A stretch of 64,000 nucleotides of DNA from Nitrosotalea sp. (GCA_050749105.1 JBOGQT010000042.1:967-64966), one strand, 5' to 3'; positions 9,306-17,798 are shown, numbered from the stretch's first letter. Made by a program: numbers and translations. Notes: a model not told the origin generated them from the letters alone.

Positions 9306-10113
9306 TAACGTCAGTTTGTTGCAAAGTGATTACTCTGATATCCAACGATTCACAAACAACTTCGATAAATGCATCACTTTCTTGACATAAAATGGTAACT
9401 CTTGTTTTTCCCAAAGGTTTTGAATATAGTTTACAAAAAATTGCTCTATATCCAATTGCCTGTCCTAATGCTTCCCAATTCAGTCTTCGTTTGGCTTCAA
9501 TAATATCGTATGAACCATCTTTGGCTACATGTAACATATCCATGTACTTTGCAGATGTGTAGGCAAATGATTTGATGAAGTTTCTTGTAGATTCGTCTGT
9601 TGCAGAGTCTGGTTCTATTGGGTTAACAAGAGGATATTCTCTCTTAATTTCTTCTGTATAGCCGTATTGCGTTGCATTTTTTATGAAGTCGACAATTAAT
9701 TGGTCTTCTGGTAAATTTTTTGCCGCTTCGTTTAGATTGTTCTCAACAATATCGTTTACATATGTAGGACCTTGAGAAATCAAGTTTTGTAGTAATTGTT
9801 CTTTTTCCCATGGAAGTGTATAGTAAATAATTTCCTCAGAGTCATCATAGATGCCAAGAACGCCATTTACATAGATATTTCCGCTATTTGATCTAAGAGT
9901 AGTTACTCCTCTACCAGTCCGTTTTTTAAGCATATTTCTATTTTTAAGAAATTCATTACGGTATATCTCACCATCGTCAAAATTTGAGATTATTTGATAG
10001 TCTACCTTCCAGATTTCCTTTATCTTGTTTAACATTTCAATTATTTCAGAGTATTTTGTATGATCATTTTCTGTCCAAGAATCTCCCTGTCTTTGCCAAA
10101 GAGTAATTTTCAT
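9301..10113 (-). CDS. PD-(D/E)xK nuclease, RecB/Cas4-like C-terminal domain, unknown N-terminal domain
   Basis: C-terminal YMDMLHVAKDGSYDIIEAKRRLNWEALGQAIGY gives the D ... ExK ... QxxxY motif series. Confidence 0.6.
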   Translation of the reverse strand: MKITLWQRQGDSWTENDHTKYSEIIEMLNKIKEIWKVDYQIISNFDDGEIYRNEFLKNRNMLKKRTGRGVTTLRSNSGNIYVNGVLGIYDDSEEIIYYTLPWEKEQLLQNLISQGPTYVNDIVENNLNEAAKNLPEDQLIVDFIKNATQYGYTEEIKREYPLVNPIEPDSATDESTRNFIKSFAYTSAKYMDMLHVAKDGSYDIIEAKRRLNWEALGQAIGYRAIFCKLYSKPLGKTRVTILCQESDAFIEVVCESLDIRVITLQQTDVI

Positions 10114-10521
10114 GGATCTAAAGAGAAGGGTTATTCATTAAAATCTTGGTAAAAAATAAGAGTGAAGAATACTTTCTATTCAGATTTCTTCTTCTACTGT
10201 AAACGACTAGTAGCACGCAAGAGACTAATCTCCGGCATATTCGTCATTGTTAGGATTCAGCTGATCTGCGTGGTTGTCCAAGTCAGACTGGTGATCCATA
10301 GTTATCATTTCTTCCCTCCTTTAGCTGCATTTGTTGCTCTTATGATGAAGCCTATATCGCTTGAAGTTTTAGCAATTCGCGCAGCAGCGGTAGAAGTCAT
10401 TTTTTCTGTCATGTATTACTTTGGTACAATCTAGTATTAGTGGCTCAATTGTTATTATCATGCTACCAAAAAATGGCAAAAAACACAAAAATAAGTAGGT
10501 CAGTGTGCTAAATCAACCTAC

Positions 10522-11244
10522 ATGTCTAAATCCAATATAGAGCATCCCTCTAAATTTAGGAATCAGATCATAGAGGCAATCCAAGAATTTCCGCTCATAC
10601 AGCATAACCAGTTATTGGATTATTTAGTAAAGCACAAAGGCTACATGGCAAAAAGGACTGTAGAAAAATATCTTAGAGAATTGATTAATGAAAAAAAGAT
10701 TTTTGAATACAAGGAAGGTAAAACAAAGAAATACGATTTACCATCTGCTTTTGGTTTAACAGAAAAAATGATGAAGAAGCGATTTGACAAGTGGATATCT
10801 GAAATAAGAAAAAGTATTGGAAAGATTGAAAGAGATTATCCAAAATACAACATATACATGAAGGTAAGCGCTCCTGAATATTTACAAACATTATACAAAT
10901 CATTGCAATCAGCCCATTACGCACATGAACACCAAGAGGAATACAGTTGGGAGGATCTTGGAACAATGGAAAATATTCTGTATAATGAAATTTTCAAATC
11001 TCCATATGCACTTACAGATGATTCAAAAATGCAACAAAGGCATGACGCTGCAAAACTTCGTGATGAAATAAGGAGATTAAAAAAAGAGGATCATAGCATT
11101 TACAAAAAATTGAAACGTGGTGTTAAAAGACCAGAGGAAAGAGAGAAGTTGTTTGCTACAAGTAATAAGATAAACAAAGAAATAGCAACAGCATTTGAGG
11201 CTCTAAAAAAAATTCACGGTACACTAGTGAAAAATAAAGATTAG
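10522..11244 (+). CDS. winged-helix DNA-binding protein with coiled-coil C-terminus (E2 cargo)
   Basis: The N-terminal IIEAIQEFPLIQHNQLLDYLVKHKGYMAKRTVEKYLRELINEKKIFEY pattern looks like wHTH. Confidence 0.45.
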   Translation: MSKSNIEHPSKFRNQIIEAIQEFPLIQHNQLLDYLVKHKGYMAKRTVEKYLRELINEKKIFEYKEGKTKKYDLPSAFGLTEKMMKKRFDKWISEIRKSIGKIERDYPKYNIYMKVSAPEYLQTLYKSLQSAHYAHEHQEEYSWEDLGTMENILYNEIFKSPYALTDDSKMQQRHDAAKLRDEIRRLKKEDHSIYKKLKRGVKRPEEREKLFATSNKINKEIATAFEALKKIHGTLVKNKD

Positions 11245-12010
11245 AATGATAAAAATTTACAAAGATTTCTACATCTATTCTAAACTATTTTACATCTATT
11301 TTCAAGTATTCCAACAAGGTTGATTTTGATGATTTAAAGAGAAAATGGTATCTTACATAAAGGAACAATTTTGAGTAGCATTTTCTTCTTTAGTGTAAAA
11401 GGGATGCCAGTTCTCACCTTTTTTTGCCAGTTTTTCTATACTTGGTTTCACGACAGACCAGGATACTTTCCACATCCCTTTCCCTTGAGGCTCTATTTTC
11501 ATCACACAGAGTCGGTCCTATCCATTCAGTGTCATCCGCTAAAGGATTTTGTTCAGGAGATACTTCCACGCAGAAAATGACGAGATACTTGACCTAAAGT
11601 CTTACGACTAGCAGGGTTTTTCGCCTAGGGACATTACATTATGCATCTTAGGAATAAAAATATTTAATCTAAAATCAAAAAAAAGCTCAAAAAGCAGCAG
11701 CGCGTAACCAAATCATGATCCATACGATCACATGGTACATTACAAAAAGTGGGTTGCCAGAAACAGTTCAGATTGAGGTACCAGAAACTAAGGTTCCACT
11801 AAACGTGATTATTCCATACGACCAAATCAAAAGTTAAACAGATGATTGTTGTTAGTGGATTGATCCACAACCCTCATATTTTTTTTAGGTTTTGGCCTTT
11901 TACGAGAAGCGTCGGATTTTTGTGAATAAACAGAGGGATTCTATTTTTTATACCTAATGTAAATAGTGCGAAATCTTCAGTCCTAACTATATCCCCCGCA
12001 TAGTATGGAA

Positions 12011-12480
12011 GGGGTACAGACATGGTCATACAATTTGACTGTGAATGAAAGCTATAACGAGTATTATGATTTGACTGAAAAATAGGAAAAAATCAAAATT
12101 ATTAAGAAAGAACCATGTACAAATATTATTGAAAATTAACAGTGATACAATTAACGTTATCGAAAGCTCCGACGAACTTTTAAATCAAATCTTTTCAGAA
12201 CGTCAAAGGTCACTGCAAACTAAGAAAATTGAACCAAAATTAGAGTTGTTAATCAAGAACCTGCTAGAAAACCTACGTTCTGCCTTGGATTATCTTGCAA
12301 ATCAAATAGCAAAGGAAAATGCTTGTAATGGTAATAAAGTATCATTTCCAATATATTCTCAAACTAGTGATAAATTCCAGCAATTTATGAAGGATAAATT
12401 TCCTAATTTAGAAAAAAAGAATACAGAACTTTTCGAGAAAATTGAGTCTATTCAATACTATAACAATCAAGAAGGAAACG
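12011..12480. mobile_element. possible third, truncated cassette (E3)
   Basis: GGGGTACAGACATGGTCATACAATTTGAC at 12011 resembles the E1 end (15/26). Base composition switches abruptly at about 12480. Confidence 0.3.
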
Positions 12481-12557
12481 AATGGATGAAGACAACCAGT
12501 CACAACGCGATCAGTACAGGAATTCTGCCGCATCCAACGCCGCCGTGTTTGCAATAG
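12129..12557 (+). CDS. hypothetical protein, probably truncated or chimeric at its 3' end
   Basis: TTG start. The AT-rich body ends at about 12480, and the last 25 codons run into GC-rich DNA. Confidence 0.3.
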   Translation: MKINSDTINVIESSDELLNQIFSERQRSLQTKKIEPKLELLIKNLLENLRSALDYLANQIAKENACNGNKVSFPIYSQTSDKFQQFMKDKFPNLEKKNTELFEKIESIQYYNNQEGNEWMKTTSHNAISTGILPHPTPPCLQ

Positions 12558-12706
12558 CTGTCATCAATGAACTCTCCAATCTGACCCGTTCGGAAAAGAC
12601 CGAAGTATTGCATGAGATCCACCGCGTCCTTGCAAGGTCGCATGTTATGGAGTTTGCAGGTATTGCCGGAATAATAGCCTCGTTGCTCCCAATAATTTTC
12701 CATTAA
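12482..12706 (+). CDS. small hypothetical protein with C-terminal hydrophobic tail
   Basis: 74-aa ORF in the GC-richer core, with a competing antisense ORF. Confidence 0.25.
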   Translation: MDEDNQSQRDQYRNSAASNAAVFAIAVINELSNLTRSEKTEVLHEIHRVLARSHVMEFAGIAGIIASLLPIIFH

Positions 12707-12769
12707 TTTTTATTTCTCAAAGGGAACTTTTTGCGCATTAACGCGACCTGAATCTGGCATTTTGCAAGA

Positions 12770-15349
12770 TTGAGCCCGAAATACGACCATGATAGTACCC
12801 GTCCCCCCGGACTCCCACCTGTTAACCACTTTTTAAGATACACCTCATTTCAAGTCATGAGCTCAGGACGATCAACCATTACAGTACTTGGGTTTGATGA
12901 CAATGGCAATGCTGTAGGAATACCAAGAGAAGAACAGATTCACACAGGAATCTTTGGCGAAGTAGGTTCAGGAAAGAGTACGGTTGATACAATCATGATA
13001 AACCAGAACATAAACCGAGAAGAAGGATTTCTTGTGCTTGACCCGCACGGCTCACTTGCTCAGGATGTATTACGGATGATTCCAGACTCAAAAAAGGACC
13101 GTGTAATCTACATCAGCCTTGACGCAGTAAGACAGTGGGGCAAGACTGTCAAGATAAATCCCCTTGAGGTCAAGACAGGAGACGACAGATATGTTGTTGT
13201 CATGAATCTTGTAAATGCACTTCGAAACATTTATCGAGACTCTTGGGGTCCGCAGCTTGAAGCATTACTAAGAAATGGTGCAAATGCACTGGTTGAGATA
13301 GAAGGCTCCACTCTGAGAGATCTCGTAAAGATAATAACAGATGACAGGATGCGCTCGATATATATCAACAAGGTTGCAAACAGGGATGTAAGACACTTTT
13401 GGAATGTCCTATTTCCACAACAGTACCAGAGGGATGCAGGGCGCTCGGCATACAACAAGCTAGACAAGATCCTGTCAACTCCACAGGTTGCAGCAATGCT
13501 GGATGCATCCCAGTCTACAATTGATTTTGCGGACATCTTAGAGTCCGGAAAATGGGTGATAATAGATCTATCCACTGGAGGCTCTGATGATGTGATATCA
13601 TTTGCGGGAACGATACTAATCAACATGGTCTATGTAGAGGCCAGAAAAAGATTTAGCAGGACTGACATTTCTCCAAAGCCTTTTTTCATGTATATTGACG
13701 AGGCTCATCTCTTTGCACCCTTTGCACTTCGTGAGCTGCTAAATACCATGAGGAAGGCAAACGTCAAGGTTACAATCACGGCCCAGACAATCAACACATT
13801 TCCAAGAGAGTTTGCAAAGGAGATATCTGCACTTGTAAGAACCATTGTCTGCTTCAAGGTTGATACCGAGACTGCAAGCATGTTCAAGACTGTAATGCCG
13901 GTACCGGTAGAGACCCTGACATCGATGACGCATGGTAGATTTGCATTTTACTCGCAGGGACATACACCGTTGTCTGGCCTTCTCAAGGCATTTCCTATAG
14001 TTGACAGAAAAAGAGACTGGATGGAACTTGCAAGATACAGCATGGAACGGTATGGCGAGTCTACCTCACTTCAAAAATATATCATGCCAACAAAGACGCA
14101 AAATGAGACACCGCAGATAACACCGCTTGAGGCTGCAATCTTGCTCCTATTGTACAACGAAAACATGGACATGACAAAAGAAGAGATCTATGATTTTGTC
14201 TCTAAAATGTTTCAAGTAGAGAAGCGAGATGTATTTGAAAAACTCGATGACATTTTGGTAAACCATATGCGGCTGGTTGAACGCAAAAATGTTACTGTAT
14301 ATGATGGTGATGGAAAACTTGCCACGCGATATGTGCTATCAGTTCTTGCATACAATAGTTTTTTTTCACAGGCTGCAATGGGAAGACGCGCGGGCTCTCC
14401 TCTACATCTTGCTACCATATTTATGATAATGCGTATGCAGCAAAAGGCCTTCAAGTTCTGCATTCCAGACCTTGGAGACAGAGGAGAACAAAGGCCGGAC
14501 CTCTTGATCTTTGAGCCACAACAGACACAGGATAAAGGCAAGACAATATCTTATGATCCTCTACACTGGTCTGAAAAGATAATCGCAGTAGAGGTAGAGA
14601 CGGATCCGACAAAACATGAATCTCAAGTAGTTGAGAATTTTAGGAAAAACTTTGATCTTGGGTACGACATATGGTTTGTAGTATTTTCTCAAAATCACAA
14701 ACAGTATATCATGGATACAATGAACAAAAACGGAATTGACCAACAGTTCTACAACATAATACTTGTTCCGCCGGAATCAGTAGAATGCATCTCCAACGTA
14801 CAGAACAACTCTGTTACTCATCTTACTCCAGAGGAACTTGAAGTATACAATGTGCTAAAAGATGGAGGAACGGTACCATGGATTGCAGAAAAAACACGCT
14901 TTTCGTCCTATGATGTAATGGGCATACTATGGAAGCTTGAACAAAAAGGAATAACAGAACGTGGGTATGCTGAGACAAAAGAGACAGAGCATGATCCTGT
15001 GTCAGGAAAGAAGACAACCGAGACCAAAAGGCAGGAATATTTTATTCCAACAGAAGAAGCTAGAAAACTTGTAGAATCTCCGAATAGATCTGCCGTAAGC
15101 GTAACAAATAACAAAACAGAAACTCCACAAAAGACAGAGTCGATAGCAGAAGGAAATAAAAAAAACGTCATGGAGAAACCTGCGTTACAGGAAGGGTTTG
15201 ACTTTACACTGCTTAGCGACAAGGGACTAAAGGATCTTGTCACGAATCCAAAGTACGGCAGTCTTGCAAAAAAACTTCTTGAAAACCGTGGAAATTACGT
15301 ATCAATAAAGGATGGAAAGGTAAAACTGAGAAAGAAGGCTAGGAAATGA
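12770..15349 (+). CDS. HerA/FtsK-superfamily (VirB4/VirD4-like) ATPase fused to a PD-(D/E)xK-like and a wHTH domain
   Basis: Walker A GEVGSGKST, LVLDPHGS, Walker B FFMYIDEAHLF. Later motifs are RPDLLIFEP...IIAVEVETD and a wHTH-like LTPEELEVYNVLKDGG...ILWKLEQKGITERG. The start may be the MSSGRS codon at 12857. Confidence 0.7.
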   Translation: MSPKYDHDSTRPPGLPPVNHFLRYTSFQVMSSGRSTITVLGFDDNGNAVGIPREEQIHTGIFGEVGSGKSTVDTIMINQNINREEGFLVLDPHGSLAQDVLRMIPDSKKDRVIYISLDAVRQWGKTVKINPLEVKTGDDRYVVVMNLVNALRNIYRDSWGPQLEALLRNGANALVEIEGSTLRDLVKIITDDRMRSIYINKVANRDVRHFWNVLFPQQYQRDAGRSAYNKLDKILSTPQVAAMLDASQSTIDFADILESGKWVIIDLSTGGSDDVISFAGTILINMVYVEARKRFSRTDISPKPFFMYIDEAHLFAPFALRELLNTMRKANVKVTITAQTINTFPREFAKEISALVRTIVCFKVDTETASMFKTVMPVPVETLTSMTHGRFAFYSQGHTPLSGLLKAFPIVDRKRDWMELARYSMERYGESTSLQKYIMPTKTQNETPQITPLEAAILLLLYNENMDMTKEEIYDFVSKMFQVEKRDVFEKLDDILVNHMRLVERKNVTVYDGDGKLATRYVLSVLAYNSFFSQAAMGRRAGSPLHLATIFMIMRMQQKAFKFCIPDLGDRGEQRPDLLIFEPQQTQDKGKTISYDPLHWSEKIIAVEVETDPTKHESQVVENFRKNFDLGYDIWFVVFSQNHKQYIMDTMNKNGIDQQFYNIILVPPESVECISNVQNNSVTHLTPEELEVYNVLKDGGTVPWIAEKTRFSSYDVMGILWKLEQKGITERGYAETKETEHDPVSGKKTTETKRQEYFIPTEEARKLVESPNRSAVSVTNNKTETPQKTESIAEGNKKNVMEKPALQEGFDFTLLSDKGLKDLVTNPKYGSLAKKLLENRGNYVSIKDGKVKLRKKARK

Positions 15350-15491
15350 ATTGACCTTAAAAATAATATCGAGAATAAATTACATGAGTGAAACAATAGC
15401 AGTGCCAAAAGAACTGGTAGAAAGAATCATAAAAAAGATGGAATGCGTAGAGAGTCGAATCAAAAGACTCGATAAATTATCAAAGGTATAA

Positions 15492-16742
15492 TTACGAACC
15501 TGACTTTTCTTTCAAGACTTTTACAAGCATCTCTTTTAGTTCGTTGTAATCTTTCTTGAGATCGGCCACATCTTTGGCATAGTTTTCAATTAACGTTTCT
15601 TTGTCCTGGCCACTTGCCTCCCTCTGGGCCATCTTGATTGCTACCTGCTCATCAATCACATAGCCACACTTGACACATCTCTTTACGCCGATAGTGTTCT
15701 GCTCGCTGCACCTGGGGCATGTCTTTAGAGTCAGCTCCCTGACGCTTTCCTGTTTTAACAATCCGTGCTCCTTGAGCACGGCCTCCTCTAGATCCGACTC
15801 GCTCAGGTGAACGTAAACATCCATCATATCCGTTCCTTTTTTCCAGTTGCCAAACTTTTTGAGTATCTGGTCTGGGTGCTTACGCGCCACGTCCGTAAGC
15901 TTGGTATGCCTGAACAGATAATTCCACACCTTCTTTTTTATGCCAGCCTTTTTTGCAGCTGATTTGACAAGCTTGCGCAAGTATCCGTAACCAAGAATCT
16001 TCTTTGTTTGAAAAGACCACCAGAGGGGAGCGTCAAGATCGTCTTTGTATGGATGCTGTGAGATCCACTCCAGCAAAGGTCTGTATGAGAGTAACATAGG
16101 GATTGTCTTCTCCCCGGTCTTTCCAGTGGTGGATATGACTGCAATCTTGTCCTTGAAAAGCACTCCGCCTACTGTCATGTTCAGCAGCTCTCCTGGACGA
16201 AATGCTCCCTCGTACATGCATAATACCATTGCCCTGTCCCTGATGGAAAACCTGGATACGATTGAGATTGCATTTATTAGAGATTCAATCTCTTCTACTG
16301 TGAGCAGGTCACCTGGTTTTATCTCCCTCTTCCTTCCGAGCTTGACAAAGTTTTCAGGTCTTATCCACGAGACCTCCTCGACATAATCCTTCCCATCTCT
16401 CTTCTCCCCTATCTCTTCTGCTTTTGCAAAGTGTACCAGTCTCTTTAGCGTCTCCGCATATGCACGGTTTGTCTTGCCAGCGTACTGGTCTCCTGTTATG
16501 TTCCTCAATGCTTCCTTACAGTCATCCCTTGTCAGGTCCCCAAGTGGGATCTTCGTCTTGTCAAACCACTGCAGTATGCGCGGCAGCCTGCAGCCATAGT
16601 AGACAACCCTGCCTTTTGAGAGACCATGGTCTGACAGGGCATCAAGGAACCTTGATGCCGCCTGCCCGTTACCTGAACTTGCAAGCCCCCTCTTGATGGT
16701 CTCTATCCTCTTGGTGTAGTTGTAAATCAGGTCGCTTGTCAT
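15492..16742 (-). CDS. tyrosine recombinase/integrase with C-terminal zinc ribbon
   Basis: Box II-like LFRHTKLT...GTDMMDVYVHL (H-x-x-R ... Y) and CPRC...CVKCG. The start is taken at MTSDLIYNY, because the longer ORF reads through the tRNA. Confidence 0.85.
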   Translation of the reverse strand: MTSDLIYNYTKRIETIKRGLASSGNGQAASRFLDALSDHGLSKGRVVYYGCRLPRILQWFDKTKIPLGDLTRDDCKEALRNITGDQYAGKTNRAYAETLKRLVHFAKAEEIGEKRDGKDYVEEVSWIRPENFVKLGRKREIKPGDLLTVEEIESLINAISIVSRFSIRDRAMVLCMYEGAFRPGELLNMTVGGVLFKDKIAVISTTGKTGEKTIPMLLSYRPLLEWISQHPYKDDLDAPLWWSFQTKKILGYGYLRKLVKSAAKKAGIKKKVWNYLFRHTKLTDVARKHPDQILKKFGNWKKGTDMMDVYVHLSESDLEEAVLKEHGLLKQESVRELTLKTCPRCSEQNTIGVKRCVKCGYVIDEQVAIKMAQREASGQDKETLIENYAKDVADLKKDYNELKEMLVKVLKEKSGS

Positions 16743-16815
16743 CCTGACTGCAATTCCACGGCTTGGCTTTAAGGAAGGTTTATGATTTTGTTCATCCGGC
16801 GCCGAACTTGGAAGA

Positions 16816-16902
16816 TGGCGCGGGGAGTGGGATTTGAACCCACGGGTCCTTGCGGACATGGGATTAGCAATCCCACGCCCTACCAGGCTAGGCGACCCCC
16901 GC
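16816..16902 (-). tRNA. tRNA-Ser (anticodon GCU), CCA encoded
   Basis: 87 nt: acceptor stem GCGGGGG/TCCCCGC, anticodon loop TTGCTAA, long variable arm GTCCGCAAGGACCC, T-arm GTGGG-TTCAAAT-CCCAC, 3' GCCA. Confidence 0.9.
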
Positions 16903-16953
16903 ACAGATGTGCTGAAATTTAAACTGTTAATTAATCTTGGTTAGGTAGTTTGC

Positions 16954-17700
16954 CTACTCTTCTCCAAAACGCTTGTAGTTTTCAACAAGGTCTTTTAGCG
17001 ACATGGTCTTGCCACCGACTATTTTGAGGTCTACCCTGATCTTGCCTTTCTCAATAGTAATTATATTGTAGGTGTTCTCAAAAAGACCTCTCATCCTTTC
17101 TGAGGATGCAGTTCCAGCATTTGCAATGGTCAGATGCCCAAAATGCCAGAACCAAGGCCTGTGTTTGTGACCGCAGATTACCAAGTCTATTTTGCTTGCA
17201 ATTGCGGTGCGCAATACATCACCTGAATCAATTACCGTGACTCTATCAGTGCCTGTGTCTGGCACGCCAATCAAATGATGATGCATGGCAAGTATCTTTG
17301 TCTTGTTTGCGTATTTTTTCATGGTACGTTCAAGCCATAGATTTTGTCTGTATCCTACCTCACCTTCGTCTCTGTCAGGCCTTGCCGTGCCCAGAGTTAC
17401 AAGTACAGTGTTTTCATCAAGCTCGTTTACTGAATCTATAGGAAAGAATTTTTTGAACAAGAGGTACCCCGTGTTTCTATAATCATGATTGCCACTTATT
17501 GCAATAATTTTGTCTGTCTCAAATTCAGAAAATTTTTCTTTGCATTTTTCATATTCTTTGAGTAAACCCTCGTTAGTCAGATCACCTGTTACTACAATAG
17601 CAGAAGGCCCAAGTTCATTGACTTCTGATACAACCTGATCGAATACATCTTCTTGAAATTGTGAACCTACATGAATATCTGAGATTTGAACTATTTTCAT
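16954..17700 (-). CDS. calcineurin-like metallophosphoesterase
   Basis: Motifs SDIHVG, GDLTNEG, GNHD, HHH and GHKH in order. Confidence 0.8.
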   Translation of the reverse strand: MKIVQISDIHVGSQFQEDVFDQVVSEVNELGPSAIVVTGDLTNEGLLKEYEKCKEKFSEFETDKIIAISGNHDYRNTGYLLFKKFFPIDSVNELDENTVLVTLGTARPDRDEGEVGYRQNLWLERTMKKYANKTKILAMHHHLIGVPDTGTDRVTVIDSGDVLRTAIASKIDLVICGHKHRPWFWHFGHLTIANAGTASSERMRGLFENTYNIITIEKGKIRVDLKIVGGKTMSLKDLVENYKRFGEE

Positions 17701-17798
17701 GATTTTATCATAACAAATTGTTGTTTAAGCTTTGGGATTTTCTAGTATAATTCTTGGAAAATTTTCCAGTTAGAGTTAAATATACTCAGATTATCATC

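Larger units (their letters stand above)
8481..11997. mobile_element. cassette E2: 3517-bp unit with about 32-bp imperfect terminal inverted repeats, carrying TIR, nuclease and wHTH genes
   Basis: 8481-8512 GGGGGATATAGTTAGGACTAGATTTTGCACTA matches the reverse complement of 11964-11997: 19/19, then a 2-nt indel, then 12/13. Confidence 0.6.

Noticed and set aside
10162-10434. A 90-aa hydrophobic plus-strand ORF, versus two tiny minus-strand ORFs. One of the minus-strand ORFs encodes MITMDHQSDLDNHADQLNPNNDEYAGD.
   Set aside because: Neither option has enough support, so I made no call.
11245-11963. About 700 bp of E2 lack a long ORF. A GC-richer patch (about 11440-11640) and a 40-codon ORF (about 11715-11837) lie within it.
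   Set aside because: This may be a decayed gene fragment or a regulatory or replication region. I could not assign any structure or motif with confidence.
12621-12650. A partial resemblance to the tRNA-Ser variable arm/T-arm (GCAAGGAC...GTGG) was considered as the distal att site.
   Set aside because: There are only short blocks with indels, inside a plausible ORF, and the acceptor-stem part is missing. This is not convincing without a computed alignment.
12781-12808. This stretch was considered as the right inverted repeat of cassette E3. Its reverse complement GGGGGGACGGGTACTATCATGGTCGTAT matches the 12011 end at 13/18 after a 6-nt gap.
   Set aside because: The match is weak. It lies in the GC-rich core beyond the composition switch, and the following 12 nt do not resemble the junction 12-mer.
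16743-16904. The track ORF gives the integrase a 54-codon N-terminal extension.
   Set aside because: This stretch is the translation of the tRNA-Ser gene and its 3' flank. The start was reassigned to MTSDLIYNY at 16742.
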